From Octopus bimaculoides (taxonomy: Eukaryota), in the NCBI RefSeq assembly GCF_001194135.2, contig NC_068988.1, positions 20,797,543-20,861,542 of the forward strand: DNA of 64,000 nucleotides. The letters run 5' to 3'. The position numbers and the translations under genes were made by a program. Of this stretch, positions 24,746-38,503 are shown one piece after another; within the stretch, counting starts at the first letter, position 1; the number at the start of each line of letters is the position of its first letter. Below the pieces are notes generated by a model. It was given only the letters and a program-made list of their open reading frames with translations. It was not told the DNA's origin and did not search any database.

Positions 24746-26274
24746 AAAGATACATTGATTAATTAATATACACATGCAGATGAAGACAATATTTATTTTC
24801 ATTATCATTTTCAATGATCAATATACTGTCTCTGGCTGAATATATACATTATATAGTCCAACCTGTGTTAGCACGGAAGAAGAAAAAACAATCAACATTA
24901 AACAAACGAGGTGTGTGGGTGTATGTATGTATGCATAAATAGACACATTCACCTTTATATACATAAATATATATAAACTCACACATATATGTATATATAA
25001 CACACACATTAACTTGTATACACACGCACGCACAAACACATACACAGACTCTTCTAAAACCTTCACACACCTTTATCCCACTGCAATTATGTTTGTTATT
25101 GTTTTATAATGGAAAGTTCAAAGAATGAAAGCTTAGTAACAAAAAAAAATAAAGCATAAAATAGAGAATGAAAGCTTAAAACAACAACAAAAGAACACAG
25201 GCTACAAACACAAAAGAACCCTAACAAACTACATTTGTCAATGTGATTGCTGAAGCAAGCTGTTAAAATATGGTACCTTTCCCCTCCCTGTCTGACAATA
25301 ACAGCAATATCTAGGCCAAAAAGGTATGTTTTGGTGAGGCTTTTTCTTTCTTTTTTCTTTTTTTTTTTTTTTTTTTTTCTAATTTGTTTCTTTACAGTAT
25401 TTTGTATGGCTATATATTTCCTTTTTTAACACTTATGAAGTGTTATTATTCCTGAAATTTACTAAAAACTATTGTTAATTGAATAATTAATTTATATATT
25501 AAAAACGCCGACAAATTCAATAGATCTCGTGATTTATACTAGATTTCCACTAAGCCCATATCTAATAAGGAACAAATTGATTAATAAAGATACATTTCAG
25601 ATGTACTGATGAGATGATGATATTTTGATAAATATATTTTGCTAGTTTCCCCGGTATTCATCTGTAAACAGCTCTTATTTTAGAACCAGACTGTCTATGT
25701 ATAAAAATGGAAGACAGGAGAGTACTATACCATAGAGTTTTATTTTCTTTTACTTGTAATAACTTTTTTTTTTTTTCTTCTACAACAGGTCAAATTGACA
25801 TCGGATAGGTCAAACAAATTAGGCCACGGTTACAGTTTGTCATTGGAGTATCTATTGGTTACACAATTTACTAGAAAAGCAGCCAAATATCCCTCCAATA
25901 ACACCTGTACTGTCTCAGAAAGAAAGGAGCTATTAGATAAGCAAAGCCAGAGAAAATGACAGGAATGATGCTTGTTTATGTTTGCTCAATCAGAGACGAC
26001 CTGGGGCTTATTAACTATAAACAAAACCATGTTGAATGAGCACTTCTTTGTAAGAACCAAATTTAAAAGTCTTGAGGAATAAGCATGACAGGCAGGAAAA
26101 AAATAAGATGACAAAAATAGCTATGGGAAGGATATGGAATCTAAAGCACCACACCACACCACACCACAACATACACTATATGTCTTCCAGACAAACTCTT
26201 GTCTGGAAATAGCACGAGAATTATTATAGCCACTTTTAGTTGTAACAATCAAGATATATACAGATTGCATTCAG

Positions 26275-26382
26275 TAGAAGTGGATTCGAAACAATGGCAC
26301 AATGTGTTCTTGGAAATGGCATTTTCCCACATATTAATAATGTGAGTTGGACAAAAGTAATAGACATTCCTAATGCCAATAG
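26275..26382 (+). CDS. Candidate 108-nt phase 2-2 exon (RSGFETMAQCVLGNGIFPHINNVSWTKVIDIPNAN), unidentified
   Basis: cattcag acceptor, AG|gtaagt donor, open frame, length a multiple of 3; no confirmed homology. Confidence 0.3.
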
Positions 26383-27683
26383 GTAAGTCTTTTATAAAAG
26401 TTAAATATAAAAGTTAAAGCTGAGAAACAGAAAAAATATATTTACTTGAAAATTTATTATTTGAAGGTAACTAAGGTAAAAGTTTTTAATGATGTTAATG
26501 ACGATGAGAGGAAAACTACTAAGTTACCAGAAAATTGATGCTTTCAATGTTGTCATTAATTTCAAAGTTCAATTAAGTTCAACCAACTAAAATTTTCAGT
26601 CGTTAATAGTCTTCTTTCAGACAACATTATTTGAGATGGATCACTCTACATAACATGTAAATAATTAACACTTATACAGAGAAAATATATAGGTACCAGG
26701 AGTAATATTCTAGTTTGGATAATATCAGTGTTAAAAGACCAACACTGGTGTTTCTCTAATTTAAATATTCTCTACAATAACTTTGAAAAACTCCTTCGTA
26801 AATCGATAATTTTGGTAGGAGAAGTGAAATGGCAAGGAATAACAAGAATAAAAAAGACAGGAAAAAGGAAAAGAAATGATGAAAAGAAATTCTAATTAAA
26901 AATACATGGATGATTAGTTAGGCAAATATTTGATTATTTGCAAATATTTCACACCTTAGAGACTATTTGAAACAATTTTAGTTTTTAGGTTAAAAAAATA
27001 AAAAAATCTTTTTAAAGCAGCAAAAAATGCCATTTTACTTGGGGTAATGTTAAGCAGTTAGTCAGGTGAGACACTAAATAGTGCTTGTGTAAAATCATCT
27101 ACACATTCATATATATAATGAACTTATTGCGTACAATACTCATGGCATACAAAAAAAAAAAGAATTAAAACTTTATATTTATTATATTTTGTATCTGTCA
27201 CAAGGCTTTTAAATGACTATGGTTAAAGACACAGAGAAGCATTTACAAACATTATTTTCAGAAATATGGAACAAATGAACCTAAAGACAGAGTTTTCGGT
27301 GACATGAAAGACGTGCTAACAATAAGTGAAGTGATGAAAGGTGATTTCTGAAGCTGCAATTTATCACGGTCATGTCTACAGACAATGAATAGGAAGTCAG
27401 AGACATAAAAAAATTTTAAAAATCAAATTTCTCAGTCTGCCGCTAGACAACAACCACATGTTTTATCATACAATGCTACTCAAGCTAAATGCCGTTCAGA
27501 TCCAGCAACCATAAAAATTAGTTTAGAAATAATATATCTTCCAAAACTATTTCTTTATGTGATAAATTAATTTTTTCTTATTCATTTCTTCTTAAAAAGT
27601 AAAAAAAAAATGTCATAAATACTAACGGATTGAAATGTCACAGTGCAGCCGTAACGTTGAAGCTTTTGTCATTATTATTTTCA

Positions 27684-27720
<37 letters not shown>

Positions 27721-28017
27721 GAAAAAAACTCAAAATATCAATTTATAAATTTGATGAGCCCTCTTGATAGCAAGCATTACTTTTTACTTTATTAAATAAA
27801 TATTGAAAAAAAATAATAATACTAAATATATTTTTTTAAAGTTTTAGATAAATGAAAACCAATTATGAAATAAATGTGTTTATTGATCTGTCTTGTAGTT
27901 GGTGCTGTTGTTCAGTTCTACTCTCATAGCAGCAGACTGGGAACAAGCAACACAGCACTTGCAACATACACACACACGCACACACACTCTCAAACAGACT
28001 TCAATAGATGCACTTAC

Positions 28018-28027
28018 CCCTTTTCAT
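28018..28027 (-). CDS. Candidate start-codon exon end (ATG AAA AGG G|gtaagtg)
   Basis: Consensus donor after an ATG; upstream is UTR-like with an ETS-like gcggaagt near 28383-28390; SINE-poor region. Confidence 0.35.
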
Positions 28028-28953
28028 CGCTATATTAGAAAGGGGGGTTGACAAGGGATGGTGATACACTGGTTATCATAATAAAGAATTAACTCCAGAA
28101 ATGAAGAATTAAAAAAGAATTTGCTGCCGCAACAAGGCTTCATAGAGAAGAATATGTTGTGAGTCATGAGAGATGGAGAAGCGAGATGAGGGAGCTCAGC
28201 GCAAGAATGGCAGCTGAACTGCAGCTGATGTTCTACTCACTTGTGTAGCAGCAGTAGGAGATGACAAAGAAAGCAAAGAAGATTGCAATAGCTGTTGGTG
28301 AAGCAGCCAGCTAGTAAAGCTACCAAATCTTGGTCAATAAGCACTAATCAAACTGATAGTGGAATATGCTAGCATATAATGTACTTCCGCTTTCTGTGAG
28401 TTGATTCCACTCTTTATTTTACTTCTTTCATTCATTTCCCTATGAAAGAAAATTTTCTTTTGTTTTCATCTCTTTTGTTTGTTTGTTTGTTTGTTTGTAT
28501 TTTCCTTTTTTTTTTTGTATCTAACAAATGTCAACATTATGGCAGATGAGAAGCTTAGAATTGAAAAGAAAACGAGAAAAAATAGCTAAGACAATAGCAG
28601 TCTTTTCAAACTAAATTCCAATAGTTTATTTTAGTTTTCTATGCTGACTATTATAGGTCACAAGAATATAGTTTCTAATAAAAGGCTTGTGCTTTTGTTT
28701 TATTTTTAAATAAAATTAATTTTCAAAAAGAAAAAGAAAAAAATCACTTGCATGGTTTTATTGTAAAAGAACAGTAAATCTATGATTATTGCTTAAATGT
28801 TTTTTATGAAAGCAGCTTCTGAACAACATGTCACCCGTAACATCAGAACACTACCAAAAGAATTGTTATGTATCATTCATTATCAAAATTATTATTATTA
28901 TAGAAATAATACTTGTATGGAAAGAAGGAATAATATTTAAGTAACACTGAATT

Positions 28954-29027
<74 letters not shown>

Positions 29028-31223
29028 NNNNNNNNNNATATATATATATATATATATATATGAAAACATCAAAAGATAACTTTCTCAAACAATATGGATT
29101 ACATAAACAAAACAATTCTATTAATTACTGTCAGGGAAATAAAAATCGGGTAGTTTTAAAATATTACACAAACTTCAGTCAGTAGTTGCTGCTGAAAAAC
29201 AAAATTAATCACAATATCAGATGTTAACACAGAATTAATAACAGTAAGAATAATCCAAATATCAGCAGCTTCAATAAATATCACAAGCCTAGTTTACGTA
29301 TGCTTAGCTTTTCTCAAATGAGATGGCATTGTTGTTATTGGTGAATGCTGTTTGGATATAAAGACTGGAAAATGAATAACTAAATTACCGCTTCCCCAGT
29401 GTTCATATTGCCTGACAGGCTAACAACAGCCATGTGAAACCATGCAGACATCAAGGCTCTCTCTCTCCAATAACAATTAGAAATTCTAGCTTGATATAAA
29501 GAATTAAACATGAAGCTCTTTCTGCCAGTTGGACATGAATGGAACAGTATCGTAAGAGATATTATACTATTAACTAAAAACAATTTAAACCGATGTTACA
29601 TGCAAAAGATTCTAAACAGTTTGTAACCAGATCAACATAATGAAGAGGAAGAAGATAAGTAAGTTGGCATAGTTTTATCGACTTACCAAGAAGGTCCATT
29701 ACCTGAATTCGCCATAAGCAACAAACCAATAAGCTAGCCACTGGATCAAAAACTAATCAGACATAAATATCTTAGTGAAAAGATTATGCTTGCCATTCTA
29801 GCAAAGCAGTCAAAAATTAAATTAAGCTTCAGAGTAGAGCAAAAAATCTGGCAGAGAACGAGCAAGCTATTTACCATATTAGAAAGTAAGGGGTGAAAGA
29901 GTAAACATGCTGTAGTATAATATACGCTGAAAACTATGGATTGAAACTTACTACAAGCAATGAAGTGTTCCCCTGGGCAAGATATATTAAGCTACTTTCC
30001 TTCACTCTATCCAGCCAACAATTAAAATATATAGAGCGATAAATTATTGATAACCATATATTCAAGTAAAATGAATAAATTTGCAGGCACATGAAATCTA
30101 TCTGAAAGACATGATAATGAAGAAAAAAGAAAAAAAAAATTAAATATCACTGACTCCAAAAGGATAAACAAACACTACAAGCATGCCAAGAGAAGCTTAA
30201 ACTACATGTGTGTATGTGTGTCTGTTTGTCTGTCTATAGATATAAGATCAATACTGTATGTGTGTAGGTCCACATACATATAATCATTTAACATTTTCCA
30301 TGCTGGCAAGGACTAGACAGTTTGACAGGATCTGGCAAGTAGTCGGTCGGGTGGGAGCAAGCTCCTGTGTCAGTTTTGGCATGGTCTATACAACTGGATA
30401 CCCTTCTTAACACCAACCACTGTACACAGTGTACTGGGTGCTTTTCTTGCGCCACTGGTACTAGTGAAATTGCCAAGTAACTTTGCAGAGCAGGAAAAGG
30501 AACAAGAGAAGCACCCCGCCTACTTGACTAAATGGGGGAATGGGGTATTTGAGAGGTGGGGTGGGGGATGGCTTTATGCCAGGTGTTGAGAGGCCCAAGT
30601 ACGATAGAGGGACAAGTGCAGATGTCTTGGTATAGAGAAGCTACATAGCTGGGGCATCCATTATTTCTTTATAGGTTGAGACCTACACCTATAAAATTCC
30701 CTGTAAAAGCCTAGGCAAAGTTTTTTGGGTTTTTTTTAAATCAAAGACAAGCTGTTACATGTCTCCCAAAGGCACCAATGTCACTTTAAGATGTGGTTAT
30801 CAAAATATGAAGAGACCAAAAAAGTGCTGCAAATCATCTTGTCCAACTCTAACTATTCCATCAGTCCAGCTCCCCGGGTGCTTAATTCGTTTATCAAACA
30901 TGAAAGAGTGAAAAGGAAATCTGACTAAGAGAAAGAGAGTGCAGAGAGCCAGAACAGATACTGCAGGGAATATCCTCACACACACACACACACACACAAT
31001 TTTCTTTATAATTTTAAGAGCAAATAAGTTGTGCAAAAGATGGAAAAAAAAATACCTATTTTCCAATATTTTTGTTATCTCCCTTTATACATCTGGCCCT
31101 GCTTTCTCAGCTACCAACCTAATTACAGAACGCATCACTTCTTACCAAACTCTACTGCTTTGGCTCCATGTCTTAATAACCACGATATTGTACCTATTTC
31201 CAACTTGGTGATATCATATTTAA

Positions 31224-31438
31224 CCCTTTAGCATTCACATTATTCTGTCGAAAGTAGCACTTATTTATTCGCGTTTTGAATGAATCTTGCATAAGCTTTT
31301 AGCATTGTGATTTTGGTAAGATAACTTTATATTCAGAATGATATTGTAGGGTTGGTGAGAGAAGCTTGAACTGGCCAGTTTGAACATAAAACAGGTAGAA
31401 TATTTGTGCAAGATATGACCAGTTTAAATACTAATGGG
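31224..31438. mobile_element. piggyBac-type MITE (family 1)
   Basis: TTAA|ccctttagcatt ... atactaatggg|TTAA; relatives at 49255-49475 and 59770-59989. Confidence 0.75.
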
Positions 31439-31624
31439 TTAAACAGACACTGAGACTACTTTGGGATGAAGTATATCAAGTCTAAAGACCATTACAAATG
31501 TGTAAGCTGGCTACAATGCAATGTACTTAACAGCTGCTATTCTGGAGTTTTCTTTTCCAGATATTTAGCAGGTGTTCTAATAAGGAGTTCTTGTGAAGAG
31601 GCAATTAATATATCTACTCTTTAC

Positions 31625-31820
31625 TTTTTTACTATTTTACTTGTTACAGTCATTTGACTGCGGCCATGCTGGAGCACCCCCTTTAGTCGAGCAAATCGAC
31701 CCCAGGACTTATTCTTTGTAAGCCTAGTACTTAATCTATCGGTCTCTTTTTGCCGAACCGCTAAGTTACGGGGACGTAAATACACCAGCATCGGCTGTCA
31801 AGCGATGTTGCGGGGGACAA

Positions 31821-31863
<43 letters not shown>

Positions 31864-31898
31864 CGATGGGCTTCTTTCAGTTTCCGTCTACCAAATCC
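31625..31898 (-). mobile_element. SINE family B, head truncated
   Basis: B 3' half and internal microsatellite. Confidence 0.85.
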
Positions 31899-32981
31899 AT
31901 TGGAAGAAATGCCACTAAGCATTTTTTTTCCGGCATGGTAATGATTCAGCCAGCTTGTTGCCTTACACACACAATGAAATATTATATGTACATAACAGAT
32001 GCAGTAAAGTCGGTGATAAAGCTGTCAATACCAAGAAGTTCTAAAGGAAGTTAATGGACAATGACTACCCAGCATCCTTTGCTAAACAACGAAGCTTGGT
32101 AATATAATAACCAAAGAAGGTTTACATCAAAGCCAATATTTCACATTTTAAAATGCCACATTTTAATGATAGAATAGAATAACTGCTGCAATTTTGGAGG
32201 GAGTGACAGAATATACAGTAATCACACACTGCAGCTTCTGTGAAAAAATACCCACCTGAGAGACAACCTACATACAGCAACAATGTTTGCATGTTTCTGT
32301 CTGCCTCATGAGCATTGTGGACCTTTGTTCATGGGACAACATAATATACCTTAAAATTTGTAATCAACGCAGTTGATCTCTCTCATTGGTTGCACGATTT
32401 GCAGGCAGCATATCCACATTAAGAATTGCATTTATACAAAAGCCCCTTCTCTCAAAAAAACATCTGGAAAGATGTCATATGATCACATGATCACAGCTAC
32501 TGTCGAGGCTACAGAAAGAAATTTTGGAAATCTGAGGATTGTAGAAGTTCTCATTCTATTAACAAAGGACATGATCTAAGCTACGCTGATAATCTGATTT
32601 AATACAACCAGCATGCACCATCACACTTCCTCCTCTATAATGTCAGCATTTCAAAAAATAACTGATTGGTTATTATAACTGTGCAGACAATTAGCCCTAT
32701 TTCCACTTTCTTAACAGATTTTTAAAACCAGAATATTGAAATATATGGAGAAGTGTATGTGTGTGTGTGTGCACGCACACTCCCATCTTAATTTCACGTG
32801 CTGATTGTAAACGAACATGTTTGTTTTCAGTCTTTCATCAAAAATATGCCTCGTCACAGGAAGTATTATTCTGCTTGGTAAACAGGTGAGGTTTAGTGAC
32901 AGGAAGGGCATTCAGTCACAGAAAATCTAACTCAATGAATTCAGTCTGGTCAATGCAAGCATGGGAAAGAGGATGTTAAAT

Positions 32982-33035
32982 GGAATAAAATGGTCGGTAT
33001 ATATATATATATATATATACCGACCATTTTATTCC
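32982..33035. repeat. Perfect 54-bp palindrome centred on (TA)11
   Basis: ggaataaaatggtcgg-(ta)11-ccgaccattttattcc. Confidence 0.95.
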
Positions 33036-34656
33036 CTTAGGGATAATACCAATGTTTTCTTCGAAACATGATGGAAGTATAAAGATTTGAATAACACCTG
33101 CATTTAACTCCACTTCTTAATTCATATATATATATATACATACATATGTATATATAGGCTTTTGGTTGACCAATGGTCCACAAGTGAAGTTTAGTGTCTG
33201 GAAACTGTGTTGAAACACAGTTTCTGGCTCCCGAACTTGTGCGTATGCGTGTGTGTGCGCACACCCACACAGTTAAAACTTTGAGGGAATCAATCTTACC
33301 AATAAAACATGTGCACCGGTTATAGTGGACTCTAGTTTTAACTACTCCATTAAGTTATTGATTGATTAGCCTGTTTGTTTTGTTGGTTGAAAATAATTTC
33401 ATTTCACATATGTGACCTTCTCCATTGTTTTTGTTGTTTGCATGTTGCTAAGCATTATTTATGCTTTTCTTCTTGGGTTTGTTATTTATTTGAATATTGT
33501 TGCTAAGTGTCATTTATTTTGCCAAGCACGTATGTGTGTATGTGTGCTTTTACTAGTAGAATAACCTGTCCAAAGAATAATGATAAATGCTTCAACACAC
33601 TTTCACATTACAAATTTTGCAAATCAAATATGAAACTGAGAGAGTGATGGAAAGGGGTGGTGTCTTTCACATCTATGGAAACACAACTGCAGATATAAGT
33701 CATGTGTTTGTATATATATATAAAACATAGAAAGACACATTCACATACATCCAGACCGATAGTGGTTGTAGATAAAATTAGTGGGGGTGTTGCTTCAGAA
33801 AATTTTTGGCCGTTGTTTTAATATTGTGTAAAAGGAAACAAACATATAAAAAGAAAAATTTACACAAAAACTTGATCAGTTCACGCTTTAGCCACTACTG
33901 GGTAATGTGTTTAATTCATTCACTGAACATTGCCACAAATTCCCCTTTGCTTTACAAAAATCCCCTCTAAATCACAAAATAAGGTGAGGAAATGTGCCCT
34001 ATTTTACAAATCCTAGCAGCAACACTGAAGATAGAAGCAGGATAATAATCTAATTCTACACTATATCACATTCACGAACATAGACATGTTTTTAAGCACA
34101 ACACACGAGGGAGTCATAAAGAAACACTACTTTTCACCCGGCACTGTCGTTCACACAGTGCTCTCTCTCCCTAGTGTGAAGCTTCCTATCTCGGACATGT
34201 GAGCATGTGCACAATCAACAGCTAAACACCACATCGCTGGAACTGTGAAACGCACAGTTCTATACAAGGATTTTTGTATTGTTTTTCATAAACTAAGGGA
34301 TGGCTACTAACATTAAGCTTAAGGATTATATAATGTACAAGTATAAAGAAAGAATTAAAGAAAAAAGAACTCATTATATTGAATGTTATCGATAATATTG
34401 AGTGGAAATAGGGGATGCTGCAGTTCTGCAGTTTCTATACACAGGCCGCCACCGATCCAGACATAGATAGATATCAGTGAAATAATTATCATTGTGCAAA
34501 GGAATATTATGGCACATTTATAGGATATCAAATAGTGGATAAACAAGTACATTTTACTATCTCTCTGGTCATACTTTAAATAGTTCTGGAATATTCTAGC
34601 CTGATATTACAATGGCAGAGTGCATATCTTTTCAAATGGACATGAGTATCACAGAT

Positions 34657-34692
<36 letters not shown>

Positions 34693-35243
34693 GAACAAAT
34701 AGTGGGAAATTAATTTTCTTAGGTTGTTCAATTTTCCTCAGTTGATCAATAGACCAGTTGAGTAAACCTATCAGTAATAAACCTGTAATGACTACTGGAA
34801 ACAGCTGTAAGCCAAATTTGCTCCAATAGAGATAAAATATGTAATGACCATTATTTTTTAACATGTTTCTTATACAAATGTATGTGTGTATGTGTTAGAA
34901 ATTAAATATTTTCATTTTCTGATATAGCGATTTAATATTNNNNNNNNNNNNNNNNNNNNNNNNNNNNNNNNNNNNNNNNNNNNNNNNNNNNNNNNNNNNN
35001 NNNNNNNNNNNNNNNNNNNNNNNNNNNNNNNNNNNNNNNNNNNNNNNNNNNNNNNNNNNNNNNNNNNNNNNNNNNNNNNNNNNNNNNNNNNNNNNNNNNN
35101 NNNNNNNNNNNNNNNNNNNNNNNNNNNNNNNNNNNNNNNNNNNNNNNNNNNNNNNNNNNNNNNNNNNNNNNNNNNNNNNNNNNNNNNNNNNNNNNNNNNN
35201 NNNNNNNNNNNNNNNNNNNNNNNNNNNNNNNNNNNNNNNNNNN

Positions 35244-35286
<43 letters not shown>

Positions 35287-36019
35287 GTATGTGTGCGTAT
35301 GTTGATAGGCATATACGCACACACACAAATGTAAAGGTTAAATGGTGACATTTAGAGCAAAGATGAAGAACAATAATATAGAACACACAACTAAGTCAAT
35401 CAGTAAGTTGCCGACTTTGAAGCAATTCTGATGCACACACAACAACAACAAAAAAGGAAAGAAAAGAGAAAAAAAAGACTTGATTCTAGATAGATTAAAA
35501 ACCTACATCAGTATACTGAAACATTATCTTTTGATCGAATATAATTCAATGAACGTAACCCAAAGGAAAAGGATCACACAAGATTAGATATGATTTGTCC
35601 AGCCAACAAATATATCATCAAGCCAGCATAGAAAACCAATGTTTTCATCAGATGATAATCATAATCATCATGATTATGATGATGATTGTGATGATGGTGG
35701 ATGCTTTTATATCAGTTTTCCATTCAGGCATGGGTTGGATAGGTTTGTTGTAGTCTAGCATTTGCCACTGTGTCACAGTCCTTTGTCATTTGAAATGCAG
35801 AACAGATGAAAACTACCAATCTTTGATGTGGTGTAGGCCATGATTTTTCATAGCTGGATGCTCACATTCACTGTGCATGGACTGGGTTGTTTTATCAAGC
35901 CACCAACACTGTATTATGGCCATATCTGAAGAAGCAGAAATCTGGCAAACATAGCCATCAAAAGAAACATAGAGAGTAGAAGATCATGAGGCAAGCAAAG
36001 AATGCAATGGACAGACAAT

Positions 36020-36397
36020 TTTTTTTTTTGTTCTTGGCACTCCGTCGCTTACGACGGCGAGGGTTCCAGTTGATCCGATCAACGGAACAGCCTGCTCGTG
36101 AAATTAACGTGCAAGTGGCTGAGCACTCCACAGACACGTGTACCCTTAACGTAGTTCTTGGGGATATTCAGCGTGACACAGTGTGACAAGGCTGACCCTT
36201 TGAATTACAGGCACAACAGAAACAGGAAGAAAGAGTGAGAGAAAGTTGTGGTGAAAGAGTACAGCAGGGTTCGTCACCATCCCTTGCCGGAGTCTCGTGG
36301 AGCTTTAGGTGTTTTCGCTCAATAAACACTCACAACACCCGGTCTGGGAATCAAAACCGCAATCCTATGACCACGAGTCCACTGCCCTAACCACTGG
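36020..36397 (-). mobile_element. SINE family A, slightly 5'-truncated, A-rich tail
   Basis: Matches the A consensus; head ends inside the A-box-like motif. Confidence 0.9.
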
Positions 36398-37303
36398 ACA
36401 ATATCAAGAGCTGGTTGGACGAGAGTGGCAAGGGGATCTGGGGAAATCCCGCTTAACTGAGAAGATTTTCATTGTCATGTCATCAATGCGCTACAAGCAT
36501 ATGATACATAACGATGATGAAGTGATTGAAGAGTCATGAGTTTATATCCAACACCGTGTACTGTGTTGTGACCTGAAGAGGACACTGAATAACAATGCCC
36601 CACCCCAAGCCTATTTATTATGCAACAAGTTAGGTAAGAAATCTTGGAGCCGAAGATTGTCACTAACACAAAAGCTAAGCTGTTCTGTTGTTGAGATCTC
36701 TAATGAGCATAACTGAGTCAGGTGATCTTCCTATCAACAGCAGCCAATGGGGGAGCCTCTGAACATTTACTCAACCTGCCAGAAATAGCAAGTAAAATTC
36801 TTTTAAGTCATATATCAATCCAATTGGACAATGTAATCGTGGGTATGCAAGTAAACAGGATGTTCAAGGTTGAAATACCTTTTGAACAAAAGTCTACCCA
36901 GTCAGAGTTGACCTGGTATAAAACAACAACAGCCACTACCTTATAAAAACTTGAGTAGGAATAAGGTAGCTGATATGAAATATATGTACGGTTATGAATT
37001 TTGTTGTATGTACTACATGACAGAAGTGTGGGAGTATATGCAGGTAATAATAAAAATAAAAAGTGAGGAGGTAAAGCCTTTCAGGATTTGGTCACAGAAT
37101 AAACACCTTAATGAGACACACCAGGAAAAAATACATTTGTTGTATTACAAGGGAGAAGTACTGAGGAACAGAATGAAAAGTTTCTCAAGTCAATGACATA
37201 GATTTGACAAGTGAAAAAACAAAGAAATGTCAAACTGCAAGAATCATCCAAAACGTCTTGACAGCATCAAGATTGGTAGTTAGATATATTTTCTTGAAAA
37301 TTC

Positions 37304-37459
37304 ACTATCTATTATTATTATTACCATTATTATCATTATTACAGCTATTATTATTATTATTATTATTATAGCTATTATTATTATTATTATTATTACAACT
37401 ATTATTATTATTATTATTATTACAACTATTATTATTATTATCATTATTATTATTACAAC

Positions 37460-37505
<46 letters not shown>
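37304..37505. repeat. (ATT)n microsatellite interrupted periodically by acaact/acagct
   Basis: Direct reading. Confidence 0.9.
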
Positions 37506-37506
<1 letters not shown>

Positions 37507-37507
<1 letters not shown>

Positions 37508-37720
37508 GAAGGCCATGAGCTGGCAGAATCATTAGCACACTGGACGAAATGCTTAGCAGTATTTCACCTATCGCTATGTTCGGAGTTCAAATTGCACCGA
37601 GGTTGACTTTACCTTTCATCCTTTCGGAGTCAATAAATTAAGTACCAGTTGAGTACTGGGGTCGATGCAATAGACTATCCCGCTCCCCAAATTTCAGGCC
37701 TGGTGCTTATAGTAGAAAGG

Positions 37721-37765
<45 letters not shown>

Positions 37766-37888
37766 GGTCAACATGGCCATTCATCTTTTCAGGGTTGATT
37801 AAGTACCAGTTTAGCACTGGAGTCAATGAAATAAGCTAACCCTCATCCCCACCAAAAAATTTCAGGTCTTGTTTCTATAGTTCAAAGA

Positions 37889-37935
<47 letters not shown>

Positions 37936-38405
37936 TGTAAAGGCAGTGAGCTAGCAGACTCTGTAGCATGGCAGATAAAATACTTAGTAGCATTTCATCT
38001 GTCTTTGAGTTCTGAGTTTAAATGTCACCAGGGTCAACTTTACCGTTCATCTGTTCAAGGTCAATAAAATAATTACCAGATGGGTGGGGGGAATCAACTT
38101 ACCCCCTCCCCTGAAATTGTTGGCCTTGTGCCAAAATTTGAAACCATTATCGTTGTTGTTGTTGATGTTGTTATTAAATGTGGCAAACTGACGGAATCAT
38201 TGCCATACCAGACAAAATGCTTAGCAGCATTTCTTCTGGCTCTTAACATTCTGAGTTCAAATCCTGCTGAGGTCAAATTTATCTATCATTCTTTCAGGAT
38301 CAATTAAATAAAGTACCAATTAAGTATAAGGGGTCAATCTTACTGACAAATCCACTCCCTTCAAAAATGCTGGCCTTGTGCCTAAAGCAGAAACAATTAT
38401 TATGT
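37507..38405 (+). mobile_element. Head-to-tail array of about four family C (ATT-tail) SINEs
   Basis: Successive copies start near 37507, 37766 (partial), 37939 and 38177, each following the previous copy's ATT/GTT tail. Confidence 0.75.
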
Positions 38406-38410
38406 TTATT

Positions 38411-38503
38411 AGCCTGGTGTTGCCATCCGGTTTCACCAGTCCTCAGTCAAATCGTCCAACCCATGCTAGCATGGAAGGCGGACGTTAAACGAACGAAACG
38501 AAC
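38411..38503 (+). mobile_element. Family D 3' fragment with (AACG)-type tail
   Basis: agcctggtgttgccatccgg...ggcggacgttaaacgaacgaaacgaacg. Confidence 0.85.

Noticed and set aside
37280-37538. Poly-I/poly-N ORFs, and similar poly-D/E, poly-Y/H and HT/CV ORFs elsewhere
   Set aside because: They are translations of microsatellites.
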